64,000 nt of DNA from an uncultured Ignavibacteriaceae bacterium (GCA_964501535.1 CAZCSV010000002.1:413960-477959); one strand, 5' to 3'; shown: positions 19,066 to 29,531, numbered from the stretch's first letter. Translations and numbers: made by a program. Notes: generated by a model from the letters alone, not told the origin.

Positions 19066-20217
19066 ATGAAAACAAAAATAAAAATTACATTTTTTAGCTA
19101 CAAAATCCTTATTTTCTTTTTATTTACTAATCCAATTTTAATCTATTCACAAAATTACATTTCCACGCCGGAATGTGTAAGTTATGATAGTTTATATAAC
19201 AGATATTTAGTCTCTTGCTTTAGTGTAGGCAGAATAGTAGCAATTGATTCAAATGGAATTCAAAGTATATTCATTGGTGGACTTGGATATGCATACAGTC
19301 ATACAATTTATGGCAATGCTATATATGTTTCAACGATGAAAACAATAAAAGGATTTGACCTTGCGAGTGGTTCATTAGTTTTCAACGTATACATTTCCTC
19401 AGCACATCAGTTGGACGGAATGACAACTGATACTTCGGGAAATTTATATGTAGTTGATTTCCACTATGGAGGGACAAGTGACCAGATTTTTAAAATTAAT
19501 TTAATTACTCAAGCATATTCAACATTTGTTCCGGCAGGGATTGGATTAGTACATATGCCTCAGGATTTATTTTATGATAAACCAAATAACAGGTTGATAG
19601 TTGTCTCAGCAACAACAAATGGACCCATACAGGCAGTCAATCTTTCGGACTCATCCATATCCAATATACTTGCAACCACATCGGGTTCTTTCGATGGAAT
19701 TGAAATGGATACATCAGGAAATTATTACCTTTCCAACTGGGAATTAAAAACGGTAATAAAATACGACCATAATTTTTCAAATCCGCCAATTACAATATAT
19801 ACAGGACAAAGTGCACCCTCGAATCTTGGATATAACAAAAAGAAACATGTTCTGGCTGTCCCATTCTTTAATGCTAATACAGTTATTTTTTTGCAACTCG
19901 GAAGTTCAGGTATAATTAAAAAAACTAATGAGCTTGCCAATGATTATAAATTATTTCAAAATTTTCCTAATCCTTTTAATCCTTCAACGAGAATTAAATT
20001 TAAGATTAAAGATTCAAGGTTTGTAACATTAAAAGTCTACGATTTGCTTGGAAAAGAAGTATTTACATTGGTAAATGAAAAATTAAAAGCAGGCGAATAT
20101 GAAGTTCAGTTTCCCAGTAGCCAATTATCCGATATGCAATTAACAAGCGGGATATATCTTTATAGAATATCAGCAGGTAAATTCACTGACGTAAAAAAAA
20201 TGATATTTGTAAAATAA
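19066..20217 (+). CDS. Secreted protein (probable beta-propeller) with T9SS C-terminal sorting domain
   Basis: 383-aa ORF with a signal peptide and a repetitive beta-rich body. The C-terminus is FQNFPNPFNPSTRIKFKI...VTLKVYDLLGKEV...GIYLYRI. Confidence 0.65.
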   Translation: MKTKIKITFFSYKILIFFLFTNPILIYSQNYISTPECVSYDSLYNRYLVSCFSVGRIVAIDSNGIQSIFIGGLGYAYSHTIYGNAIYVSTMKTIKGFDLASGSLVFNVYISSAHQLDGMTTDTSGNLYVVDFHYGGTSDQIFKINLITQAYSTFVPAGIGLVHMPQDLFYDKPNNRLIVVSATTNGPIQAVNLSDSSISNILATTSGSFDGIEMDTSGNYYLSNWELKTVIKYDHNFSNPPITIYTGQSAPSNLGYNKKKHVLAVPFFNANTVIFLQLGSSGIIKKTNELANDYKLFQNFPNPFNPSTRIKFKIKDSRFVTLKVYDLLGKEVFTLVNEKLKAGEYEVQFPSSQLSDMQLTSGIYLYRISAGKFTDVKKMIFVK

Positions 20218-20228
20218 ATAAAAAAATT

Positions 20229-21503
20229 ATGAAAAATTTCTTTTTATATTTAGTTTCTATTATTCTTTTTTGTAATTCTTTAAATTCACAATGGGTTTCA
20301 CAAACCGGCGGAGTAAATGTTATGCTGGAATCTGTTTATTTTATAAATGAAAACATCGGTTGGATTGCAGGTGACGGAGGAGCAATTTTAAAAACAACAA
20401 ATAGCGGAGAAAATTGGTTTTTGCAGGTAAGCGGGGTTTCGACAATTCTGGAATATGTATATTTCTTAAATGAAAATTCTGGTTGGGTTGTAGGAAATTT
20501 TGGAGTGTTACTTAATACAACAAACGGTGGTGCAAATTGGAATTTAATTAACTTGGGATTAAGCGATTATTTTCTCTCAATATTTTTTGTAAATCAAAAT
20601 ATAGGTTGGATTTCAGGAAACAATGGTGTAATTTTAAAAACTACAAACAGCGGATTAAATTGGTTTATTCAAAACAATGGCACTACTGATTTTTATAATA
20701 CAATATTTTTTATTAACGAAAACACAGGTTGGGTCGGAGGATATTATGAAACTTCAGATGGGTACGTCAGTAAAATGCTTAAAACAACAAATAGTGGATT
20801 AAATTGGAATACCATTTCTTCGGGTACTCCTGACATTTTTAGCTGTATTTTATTCAAAAATCCCGATACAGGTTGGGTTGTAGGAAGTTATTATTCGGGC
20901 GGATTTACTGGAAATATATTAAAGTCTACTAATGGCGGAATAAATTGGACGAGAAAAGTATTAGGAACAGCAAGTGGTTTTGGCTCAGTATTTTTTGTGA
21001 ACAATAATACCGGCTGGGCTGTCGGAGGTAGTGGTAAGATATTAAAAACTTATAACGGAGGAGAAAATTGGGTTGCACAAACCTCGGGTACATCGAGTTA
21101 TCTTCTTTCAACTTATTTTGTAAACGATTTTACAGGTTGGGCAGTTGGATTGAATGGTACAATACTAAAGACATCGAATGCAGGCTCGACTTTTGTAAAA
21201 GAAATCAGAAAAAATCCGCCTAATAGTTTTAAATTATTCCAAAACTATCCGAATCCGTTTAATCCATATACGATTATAAGATTTCAGATTAAAGATTTTA
21301 AATTTGTAACGCTAAAGGTATATGACGTTTTGGGAAAAGAAGTTGTAACTTTAGTTAATGAAAAGTTGAAAGCTGGTACATACGAAATCATATTTGATAC
21401 TCGCTGGCAAAGAGATGGAATTATTCTTCCATCCGGAATTTATTTCTATAAAATAACTGCCGGGGATTTCTTTGAAACGAAAAGAATGATGCTTTTAAAA
21501 TAA
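20229..21503 (+). CDS. Secreted Ycf48/BNR-like repeat beta-propeller protein with T9SS C-terminal sorting domain
   Basis: 424-aa ORF with about eight repeats of (I/L)LKTTN(S/G)G.NW...... The C-terminus is FQNYPNPFNPYTIIRFQI...VTLKVYDVLGKEV. Confidence 0.7.
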   Translation: MKNFFLYLVSIILFCNSLNSQWVSQTGGVNVMLESVYFINENIGWIAGDGGAILKTTNSGENWFLQVSGVSTILEYVYFLNENSGWVVGNFGVLLNTTNGGANWNLINLGLSDYFLSIFFVNQNIGWISGNNGVILKTTNSGLNWFIQNNGTTDFYNTIFFINENTGWVGGYYETSDGYVSKMLKTTNSGLNWNTISSGTPDIFSCILFKNPDTGWVVGSYYSGGFTGNILKSTNGGINWTRKVLGTASGFGSVFFVNNNTGWAVGGSGKILKTYNGGENWVAQTSGTSSYLLSTYFVNDFTGWAVGLNGTILKTSNAGSTFVKEIRKNPPNSFKLFQNYPNPFNPYTIIRFQIKDFKFVTLKVYDVLGKEVVTLVNEKLKAGTYEIIFDTRWQRDGIILPSGIYFYKITAGDFFETKRMMLLK

Positions 21504-21588
21504 GGCTTTTCTCCGTTAACTTAAATTATCATAAAAAAACCCTTTTGTTTTTATTCTTAATGGTTTTGTATTATTGATTCTAGATATC

Positions 21589-22638
21589 TTACAGTTTTAG
21601 TTCCGCCTTTATTTCTTTCAATATATCTTTAAGTTGTGGAATATCTTTAAACCATTCTTTGCCGGTGATTTCGTTTGTACAGGCGGAATAAACCTGCGAT
21701 ATCAGCGTTTTGAGTTTGAAAGTCAAGGGCTTTGGCTTTAATTCGCAGATTTCTTTCCAATTCTGCCTGTCTCTTTTCTTTGCTTTCTCTACAGCATCAT
21801 TCCAGGGTGTATTGCGATAATATATTCTTGCAATTTCTTTACTGACGGGCAATCCGTCGTGTGTAAATCGGCATTCGTCCAGTGTCCCTAAGACGTCAAC
21901 GACCATAAGTCTTCTGTTTAAGTCAAAACCCACTTCAATTTTCCCGTCTTCGTTTACCAGCCCGATTCGTGAAAACTCATTTGTTATCAGATTATTAACC
22001 GTACCTGTTAGTTTCCTTAAATCAGCCAGCTCATCATCGCTAAGACCTGAAATTTCCTGAGCTTCTTTCCATCTCATATATCTGTCAGTTATTTCCAGTT
22101 TCGTGGAGACATCGTAAATCGGCTTGTCGAGCTTCTGATTCGGCTCCGGCATTTTATCAAGCCCGATATCGTTCGGGGTGATTTCGCCGTTTTTTAGTCT
22201 TTTAAAAACACTGCTCCCCGGCGGCAGAAAGTTTCTGTATATTACTTCCAGCGGAATCAGAAAACCGCCCTCTTTAATCTTGTAATCCGAATAATCGTAT
22301 TTGTCTCCCGAAAGTTTCGGTTTTATTACACGCAGCAGTTTCATCTGCATAATGTTCGTGGGGCTTTTCAGACTCGACAGCCTTTTTACATCGTCATTTT
22401 CAACAAGCCCGAGATAATGAGTCGGGATATTAATAGATTCGAGCTTCTCAAAAAAATATGCACCGAGTATGGATATTGCGGAACCTTTATTCGGAATCAG
22501 GTCGGGCATTTCGCCCCAGTCAAAAACAGAATATCTGTCCGAGTAAATAAATCTTCCTATCCCGTGCTCTTCTCTTGAAGCTTCCTTCAGTATTTTTAAG
22601 TCTTTAACACTACCCATTCTGAACCTCCGCGTCGTCAT
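21589..22638 (-). CDS. purC: Phosphoribosylaminoimidazole-succinocarboxamide (SAICAR) synthase, long form
   Basis: 349-aa ORF with GSVKDL..., YSDRYSVFDW and LIPLEVIYRN motifs. An alternative ATG at 22617 (MGSVKDL) is possible. The ORF overlaps the purE stop. Confidence 0.8.
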   Translation of the reverse strand: MTTRRFRMGSVKDLKILKEASREEHGIGRFIYSDRYSVFDWGEMPDLIPNKGSAISILGAYFFEKLESINIPTHYLGLVENDDVKRLSSLKSPTNIMQMKLLRVIKPKLSGDKYDYSDYKIKEGGFLIPLEVIYRNFLPPGSSVFKRLKNGEITPNDIGLDKMPEPNQKLDKPIYDVSTKLEITDRYMRWKEAQEISGLSDDELADLRKLTGTVNNLITNEFSRIGLVNEDGKIEVGFDLNRRLMVVDVLGTLDECRFTHDGLPVSKEIARIYYRNTPWNDAVEKAKKRDRQNWKEICELKPKPLTFKLKTLISQVYSACTNEITGKEWFKDIPQLKDILKEIKAELKL

Positions 22639-23083
22639 TAATTAATACATCTTTAATTTTTTTCTGGTATTCCATTACTTTATTTTTGATCTTCTCATCG
22701 GTTAAGCCGAATATTTTAGCAGCTGCAAGTGCGGCATTCTCAGCTTCGGTTACAACCATAGGTGCGATGCCAGAAGGCATTCTGAGACTGGAATAAATAT
22801 CCGTTCCTCCGAATTTCTCGCTGTACGGCGGACACGCTATCACGGGACAATGAGTCTGTCCGTCGGTGAATCCGCTTAATGCATTGCTCCTTCCGGCGAC
22901 CGTTATGAAAACCACGTTTTCCTTTTCGAATTCTTTTATCAGTTCATAACATTTCAAAGGCAATTTATGTGCAGAGGCGATTCTCAAGACACTTTCGATT
23001 CCGAAGTTTTCAAGCGCCTTTGCAATTTTTTTCGACCATTCGAGGTCGGCTTTTGAACCCATTATTATTACTGCTTTGTTCAT
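22610..23083 (-). CDS. purE: PurE, with class II (AIR carboxylase)-like signature
   Basis: 157-aa ORF with MGSKADLEW and ASAHKLP motifs. It carries AGRSNALSG, as in metazoan/Treponema class II enzymes, rather than the class I AGGAAHLPG. Confidence 0.8.
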   Translation of the reverse strand: MNKAVIIMGSKADLEWSKKIAKALENFGIESVLRIASAHKLPLKCYELIKEFEKENVVFITVAGRSNALSGFTDGQTHCPVIACPPYSEKFGGTDIYSSLRMPSGIAPMVVTEAENAALAAAKIFGLTDEKIKNKVMEYQKKIKDVLINDDAEVQNG

Positions 23084-23365
23084 ATTTAATTTTTTTTATG
23101 CAAAAAATTATTGATTGGTTTATGTAAATTTATCTTATAAAATTGTAAATTAAAATATAAATATTTGGAAATTTTAAAAACATCATTTACCGATATCTCA
23201 TCTTTTAATACAAGAAAAATCGAAATTGAAATTCCTAAAAACGCAATTCTTGCCTGTTTAATACTTTATACGTTTTGGAATTGTAAAAATATTTGTATGT
23301 TTGCAGAAGAACACGGTAACAGGTTTGGAAAATAAATTTCATTTTAAAAATATAAAATAACGCCA

Positions 23366-23845
23366 ATGAAACGACTGATATTATTTTTTTCCCTGTTTTG
23401 TATAGTCAATGGCTATTCGCAGCAAATCTCAAAAGCGAATAATACAATATATTTGGATTTTGGATTGATTTTTTCCCGAAGTGCAGTTGCGATGGGGTGC
23501 GGCTTAAATTACGAAAGGATGCTAAACGATAATTTTAGTATTAGAGGCGGAGTGAACATTGGTTTTTTCGGAGCGGGTGTTTCAGGAGATGCTATTTCGG
23601 GAACATGCCTGAGCTTTCCCGTAACATTTAACTATATGACCAAAAATAAAAATAAATTTGAAGCCGGACTTGGAGGCGGTCCATTTTTTAATATTGACCA
23701 GGAAAAAAGTTTTTCATTCTTTCCCGCTGGTAAAATTGGCTACAGGTACCAGCCTGACGAAGGAGGTCTGATGCTGAAGGCAGGACTGGAAATTCCCGCT
23801 AATACATATTTGTCATTCGGAGGAATAGGATATAGTTTTAAATAA
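23366..23845 (+). CDS. Small outer-membrane beta-barrel-like protein, function unknown
   Basis: 159-aa ORF with a signal peptide and alternating hydrophobic/Gly-rich strands. It ends in an aromatic residue pattern (GYSFK). Confidence 0.55.
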   Translation: MKRLILFFSLFCIVNGYSQQISKANNTIYLDFGLIFSRSAVAMGCGLNYERMLNDNFSIRGGVNIGFFGAGVSGDAISGTCLSFPVTFNYMTKNKNKFEAGLGGGPFFNIDQEKSFSFFPAGKIGYRYQPDEGGLMLKAGLEIPANTYLSFGGIGYSFK

Positions 23846-23920
23846 AAAAGCCTGCAAAAAAACTTATAAGGAAATAAATAATATTGTGCATTTGAAATTG
23901 AAAATTGTACATTGAATGTG

Positions 23921-23980
23921 GTACACTCGGGGTCCCGATGAATCGGGAGAACCCCCGACCCGTCACGATAAGTCGGGACT
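23921..23980 (-). other. Degenerate tRNA-3'-half-like fragment
   Basis: It shares GTACACTCGGGG and ACCCCCGACCCG with the 3' half of the adjacent tRNA-Lys. The T-loop position is replaced by a TCCCGAT-GAA-TCGGGA hairpin, and no valid cloverleaf forms. Confidence 0.45.
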
Positions 23981-23992
23981 ACTTTTCCACAA

Positions 23993-24021
23993 TAAAAAAC
24001 CCCGTAAAAAGATTTACAGGG
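23993..24021 (-). terminator. Rho-independent terminator after tRNA-Lys
   Basis: On the minus strand an 8-bp stem CCCTGTAA/TTACGGGG (one G-U pair) with a 6-nt loop is followed by TTTTTT. Confidence 0.65.
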
Positions 24022-24032
24022 TAAAAGAAACG

Positions 24033-24105
<73 letters not shown>

Positions 24106-24316
24106 GGTTCAATTTACTGGAATTAAATTTTATTTTCAATTCAGAATTGAAGTTTTTGGTGTATTGAGGGAATACTATAAGATTAATGCAGAATTTGTTT
24201 GCTTTAACTGCAGGAAATACGGTATTTCAAACAAAATTAAAAATTATTTTAAAAGAAAATCCTGAATACAATTTTGAATTCACATTCTAACAGAAACTAA
24301 TGCCTGTTATGAAACC

Positions 24317-25402
24317 TTATTCTATGACCATTACGGCTTCTTTGTATTCTCGTATTAATGTCTCCATCAATTCTTTCACGGAAATGATTTCCTTAACTTT
24401 GTAAGCATTTTCACCGGCAAAAGCAAATCCGTGCTCTAAATTTCCCTTGTATGCGTTAGCCAGTGCAAATGCAATACAATATGGAGTTGTCTGGTAATCA
24501 CAGGTTTTTATGCAATGGTATGGACATTTAAATGGATGCTTTTTCCCTTCTTCAACTGCTTCGATAAATTTATTTCTTATCGCCCGACCCGGCATACCGA
24601 CAGGACTTTTAATAATGACAATATCCTCTTCTTTGGAATCTATATACGTCTGTTTAAATTCATCGGAAGCATCACATTCAAAAGTTGATACAAATCTCGT
24701 TCCCATTTGAACACCGGATGCACCGAGTTGAAAGAATTTATAAATATCCTCTCCCGTATATATCCCGCCCGCTGCAATAACAGGTATCAATCGCCCATAT
24801 TTTTTTTCGAATGGTTTTAGTGCTTCTATTACTTCAGGAATTATTTTTTCCAGGATATAATCTATATCATCAATTTGCTCTTCTTTAAATCCTAAATGCC
24901 CGCCTGCAAGCGGACCTTCTACAACCACAGCATCGGGCAGATAGTTGTATTTCTCTGTCCACGTCTTTGTTATTATTGTGGTTGCTCTTGCCGAAGATAC
25001 TATCGGGACTAATTTTGTTTTGGCATCTTTTTTCAAAAACTGCGGAAGATGTAGCGGTAAACCTGCTCCGGAGAATATTATGTCTATCTTTTCCTCGATG
25101 CAAGTATTTATCATATCGGCATAATTTGTCAATGCAACCATTATATTAACTCCTATGATACCTTTTGTTAACTCTCTTGCTTTTTTAATTTCTCTTTTTA
25201 AAGCTCTGATGCTTGCTTCGATAAAATTTGAGCCGTTATCCGGTTCCTGAAAACCAATGCCGGCCGTAGCAATTACACCTATTCCGCCTTCATTAGCAAC
25301 TGCTGCAGCAAGATTTGCGAGAGAAATCCTGACTCCCATCCCTCCCTGTATTATCGGTAGTTTTGCTAATAAATCGCCTATTTTTAATTCTTTTAAATTC
25401 AT
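24317..25402 (-). CDS. Nitronate monooxygenase / FabK-like FMN-dependent oxidoreductase
   Basis: 361-aa ORF with PIIQGGMGVRISLANLAAAVANEGGIGVIA and TIM-barrel FMN motifs (VEGPLAGGHLG, AAGGIYTGEDI, GVQMGTRF). Confidence 0.75.
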   Translation of the reverse strand: MNLKELKIGDLLAKLPIIQGGMGVRISLANLAAAVANEGGIGVIATAGIGFQEPDNGSNFIEASIRALKREIKKARELTKGIIGVNIMVALTNYADMINTCIEEKIDIIFSGAGLPLHLPQFLKKDAKTKLVPIVSSARATTIITKTWTEKYNYLPDAVVVEGPLAGGHLGFKEEQIDDIDYILEKIIPEVIEALKPFEKKYGRLIPVIAAGGIYTGEDIYKFFQLGASGVQMGTRFVSTFECDASDEFKQTYIDSKEEDIVIIKSPVGMPGRAIRNKFIEAVEEGKKHPFKCPYHCIKTCDYQTTPYCIAFALANAYKGNLEHGFAFAGENAYKVKEIISVKELMETLIREYKEAVMVIE

Positions 25403-25794
25403 ATAAATTCATCGTTTATTTTATAATGCATTATTCATACATAATTTTGTTCTAAAAAATTTTTCGGATTTAATATATACGAGTGAATTTATCTCGTTTA
25501 ATGGTGATTAAACGAAGCGGAACTGTATCGTAGAAAACGGGATATTTAATTATCCAAAAGTATAATAAAAAATTCTTAATTAATATAGCTTCTATTTATA
25601 ACAAAAATAAGTGTAAAAAGATGCCTCTTTATTGAATTCACTTCGTATGAAGACTTGTAATATTAATTATGACAGATTATTTCTCATATATGTTTCGTAA
25701 ATTATAAGTGTTAGCTTTGCAATATCTGTTGTTAGCTTTTTTGACAATATCAATTCCAAAGCAAAACAACTTTTTGAATACAATAAAAAATAAA

Positions 25795-27201
25795 ATGAAA
25801 ACAGAATCTTTAAAACTTAGTAAAAATATACTTTCCCTTCTCGAAAAGAACGGAATTGTCATAGCAACACCAATTCAAAAAAAAATTATACCGGCCGTAT
25901 TGGCAGGCAGGGATGTACTTGCACAATCTGAAACAGGGTCAGGTAAAACTATCAGCTTTGCAATTCCAATTATAGAGCAAATTCAATCAAATGATAATTT
26001 AGTTTCTCTTATTCTTGTCCCTACACGTGAGCTTTGTACACAGGTAACGGAAGAATTTGTAAAATTCTCTCACGGTAAACGCCTCGGTATCACCGCAGTA
26101 TATGGCGGTGTATCAATAGATAATCAAATTAGAAAAATTAAAAAGACAAATATTATTGTAGCAACTCCGGGAAGGCTGATTGACCTGATTGACCGTAAAA
26201 TCGTTCACCTGAATAAAATAAAATTTCTCGTTTTCGATGAAGCTGATAGGATGCTTGATATGGGATTCATTCACGATATAGAAAAAATCCTGAAACAAAT
26301 GCCCCATAAATTGCAAACGATGCTTTTCAGTGCAACTGTCTCAAAAGAAATTACGGTACTCAGTAAAAAATATCTTTTCAATCCTGTTCACGTGATACTG
26401 GAATCGTCTGTTGACCCGGGTTTTCTGCATCAGACATATTACCAGACAACACCTGATAAAAAATTACCGCTCCTTATTCATCTTTTAAAAAAGGAAAGAG
26501 ACCTCTCGCTTGTTTTTTGTAACCGCAAACACATAACATCGAAACTGGCAGATAAGCTGACCAAATTCGGGATACAGGCAAAGTGCCTTCACGGTGATAT
26601 GTCCCAAAGCCAGCGTGAACGCGTAACCTCTGATTTCCGGAATAAAAAATTCAAAATTCTTATAGCAACTGACGTAGCATCGAGGGGTTTGCATATAGAA
26701 GATATAAGTCATGTTTATAATTACGAAATTCCAAAAGATGTTGATTCCTATACGCACCGCATTGGCAGGACTGCAAGAGCAGGTAAAAAAGGAGAGGCTA
26801 TTTCGCTCGTTACCAACGGGGAAGAACAAAAATTCTTCAAGCAAATTTTATTTAATTACAGGGGTATTATTCAGCTTAAAACAATCAACGGTGAATTGTT
26901 TGCTGATATTGAGAAAAATTTGAAGAGTAATAGTAAAAAAGAAAAAATTAGATTCGGAGAACATAAATCTGGTAAGAAAGAAATAAATAAATCATTATTC
27001 GGGAATAAAAAATGGAAGAAGCACGAATCTGTAAACAGGGGAACAAAAGATTGGGAAGAATTGATATCTTTAATTAAGAGTGACGAAAAAAATAATCGTT
27101 TTTCAAGTAAAGACAGAAATGATTCTTATACGAGAGTTAAGTCGGATATAAATAGAAAAAATAAAACCCGATTCTTTGGAAAAAGAAAATCAAAATTCTG
27201 A
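25795..27201 (+). CDS. DEAD-box ATP-dependent RNA helicase with basic C-terminal tail
   Basis: The motifs are Q-motif region, AQSETGSGKT, PTRELC, DEAD (VFDEADRMLD), SAT, and HRIGRTARAGKKG. I chose the ATG at 25795 because the upstream ORF extension to 25708 has no helicase similarity. Confidence 0.85.
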   Translation: MKTESLKLSKNILSLLEKNGIVIATPIQKKIIPAVLAGRDVLAQSETGSGKTISFAIPIIEQIQSNDNLVSLILVPTRELCTQVTEEFVKFSHGKRLGITAVYGGVSIDNQIRKIKKTNIIVATPGRLIDLIDRKIVHLNKIKFLVFDEADRMLDMGFIHDIEKILKQMPHKLQTMLFSATVSKEITVLSKKYLFNPVHVILESSVDPGFLHQTYYQTTPDKKLPLLIHLLKKERDLSLVFCNRKHITSKLADKLTKFGIQAKCLHGDMSQSQRERVTSDFRNKKFKILIATDVASRGLHIEDISHVYNYEIPKDVDSYTHRIGRTARAGKKGEAISLVTNGEEQKFFKQILFNYRGIIQLKTINGELFADIEKNLKSNSKKEKIRFGEHKSGKKEINKSLFGNKKWKKHESVNRGTKDWEELISLIKSDEKNNRFSSKDRNDSYTRVKSDINRKNKTRFFGKRKSKF

Positions 27202-27304
27202 AAATACTTACAACTAAAGGAAGATAATAATCACGGAATATGATCTTATAGAATTATCGAATGATTTTTAAAAAAGGGTCGTTATTACTTTTCCACTTCA
27301 TTGT

Positions 27305-27382
27305 GAGTCAGCTTCTCTACCAACTGAGCTACGAGTGCGGTTCAAATTACTAGAATCAAAAATTTTATTCAATTCAGAATTG
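27305..27382 (-). pseudogene. Truncated duplicate of the tRNA-Lys 5' half plus its upstream flank
   Basis: 78 nt are about 90% identical to 24072-24149 (tRNA positions 1-34 plus about 44 nt of upstream flank). The D-stem is broken, and no anticodon stem or 3' half is present. Confidence 0.6.
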
Positions 27383-27553
27383 TGTAAGTCAGGATTTGCT
27401 TTCCTGTCATTAATGATATTCTATATGCAATATATGTATAATAAAGAGGGGACTTATTCTCATACTATTTTTAATTATATTACGTAATAACGTTAGCTCA
27501 ATGTGCTTTTACAAAAATCCTGCAATTTTTTAAGTTAAAGATGTTTAAAAAAA

Positions 27554-29497
27554 ATGAAAAAGATATTTTCCATACCGAGACATTTAATTTTTCTTGTTCT
27601 CGTTTTTTTGTCGGGGATGTTTCTTTTTATGATTTTCAGACTCTTTTTACTGTTGGCCTATTTTAATCAGACAGCAAATATTCCTGCGGAACAGATTATT
27701 TATGCGTTATTTAATCGGGGAAGTTTGTTTGACCAAAATATTAATTCCTTAATTATTTCGGTACCTTTCATATTATTGTCTGTCAGCTATCTGTTTAATA
27801 TAAAAAATTATCTGGCAGAGAAAATTACATTTTATTTTATAATAGCGGTTTCGGTTTTATGCATTATTATTATGTCTGCGGATATTCCTTATTTTGGATA
27901 TTACAATTCAAGAATTACTAAAGGAATTCTGAGCTGGTCTGATGAATTACCGACTATGATAAGTGCAGTGCTCTTACAATTCAGCTATTTGAAATATTTT
28001 ATATTATTTCTTATAACGGAATCTTTATATATATATTGGGTCAGGTTAATTTCAAGAAAAACTATTTTTGTTGAGAATAATGATAGAGATCCCATCGCCA
28101 AAAAGATTTTTATTACTTTGCTAACGGGCTTTATTGTTTATATAGGTATAAGGGGAGAATATAAATTTGATGTCAATGCGGAACCGTTAAAATCGAAAAA
28201 TGCCTTTTTCTCGGATTACTCGTTTCCAAATCAATTAAGCTTTAACGGTGTTTATTCTTTCTTTGATAGTTTCAAATATAATAAAATAAAAGTAATTGAC
28301 GATAATGAGGCAATCGTAAACGTGAGAAAGTATCTTGGCATTACGGATTCATTCGATTCCCCTTTAGCGCGTAATATAAAATCCGGCGGTGAAATAAAAA
28401 GGTATAATGTCGTACTGGTTCTTATTGAGAGCCTGAGCGCGAACAGGATGAAAAGATACGGAAATATAAATGCTATAACTCCGAACCTGGATAGTCTGGC
28501 TGATGTATCTTTGACATTTGATAATTTTTATTCCGCCGGAATACACACGTGGAACGGATTGATGGCGGCTTTGTTCGGTTATCCGTCTGTTTTGAACTAC
28601 AAGCATATAAACAATCCCCTGAGCGCTAGCCAGAAATTTTCCGGTATTGCCGAAATTCTTAAAGAGAACAATTATCATACGGTTTTCTTTTGCGCGGGCG
28701 ACAAAAAATTCGATAATATGAACGGGTTCCTGCTTAATAACGGTTTTGATGAAATTGTCAGCAATGAAAATTATCCAAAAGAATGGCTTACGACATTTTG
28801 GGGAGCACCCGATGAATATATGTATGAATATGCCGGCAAAAAACTGACAGAATTAAGCAGAGACGGTAAATCTTTCTTTGCAGCAATATTAACTACTTCG
28901 AGCCACGAAGCTCTGGAGTTACCCGGAAATACTGTTTTTAAACCTAAATATGATTATTTGTATGACCAGCTTTTCGAATATACCGATTGGTCGGTAGGGA
29001 AATTTTTAAATGAAGTAAAAAAGGAAGATTGGTTTAATAACACGATTTTTGTTTTTACCGCTGACCACGGTCAGAATTTCGATTTTACGTACGATATGTC
29101 CCTCTCATACCACCACATACCGTTAATAATTTATTCTCCTGATAATATAAAACCTGAAAAAATTGAACGGCTGGGTCTGCAGATTGATTTATTTCCCACG
29201 ATACTGGGAATCTTGAATGTTTCGTATGTCAATAATACTTTCGGGATAGATTTATTGAAGCAGAAAAGAGAGTATGCGTTTTTTTCCGGCGATACCGAAA
29301 TAGGCTGTTTGGATGATGAGTATTATCTTGTCATGAGACAAAACGGAACCGAATCTTTTTACAAATACAGGAATAAAGACGTGAAAAATTATCTGCCCGA
29401 AAATGAAAAACTTGCCGAGAGTATGAAAAAATATACTGTCTCGATGCTCCAGGTATCCACATGGCTGATTGATAATATGAAAGTAGGTCTTAAGTAA
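27554..29497 (+). CDS. LtaS/MdoB-family membrane sulfatase-fold phosphoglycerol/phosphoethanolamine-type transferase
   Basis: 647-aa ORF with five or so N-terminal TM helices and an alkaline-phosphatase-superfamily domain (NVVLVLIESLSANRM ... FVFTADHG). Confidence 0.75.
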   Translation: MKKIFSIPRHLIFLVLVFLSGMFLFMIFRLFLLLAYFNQTANIPAEQIIYALFNRGSLFDQNINSLIISVPFILLSVSYLFNIKNYLAEKITFYFIIAVSVLCIIIMSADIPYFGYYNSRITKGILSWSDELPTMISAVLLQFSYLKYFILFLITESLYIYWVRLISRKTIFVENNDRDPIAKKIFITLLTGFIVYIGIRGEYKFDVNAEPLKSKNAFFSDYSFPNQLSFNGVYSFFDSFKYNKIKVIDDNEAIVNVRKYLGITDSFDSPLARNIKSGGEIKRYNVVLVLIESLSANRMKRYGNINAITPNLDSLADVSLTFDNFYSAGIHTWNGLMAALFGYPSVLNYKHINNPLSASQKFSGIAEILKENNYHTVFFCAGDKKFDNMNGFLLNNGFDEIVSNENYPKEWLTTFWGAPDEYMYEYAGKKLTELSRDGKSFFAAILTTSSHEALELPGNTVFKPKYDYLYDQLFEYTDWSVGKFLNEVKKEDWFNNTIFVFTADHGQNFDFTYDMSLSYHHIPLIIYSPDNIKPEKIERLGLQIDLFPTILGILNVSYVNNTFGIDLLKQKREYAFFSGDTEIGCLDDEYYLVMRQNGTESFYKYRNKDVKNYLPENEKLAESMKKYTVSMLQVSTWLIDNMKVGLK

Positions 29498-29531
29498 TTT
29501 TTAAAGAAAATCCCGGGATGAATGAATTTGT

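Noticed and set aside
23084-23365. Purine or ZTP riboswitch upstream of purE-purC
   Set aside because: I read the region on the minus strand. No conserved purine-riboswitch junction sequences or pfl/ZTP motif elements were recognisable, only AT-rich promoter-like DNA.
24106-27304. Genomic island integrated at tRNA-Lys
   Set aside because: The duplicated tRNA pieces suggested att sites. However, the duplicate covers the 5' half plus promoter rather than the 3' end. No integrase, excisionase or transposase is present. The enclosed genes (an FMN oxidoreductase and a DEAD-box helicase) look like core genes.
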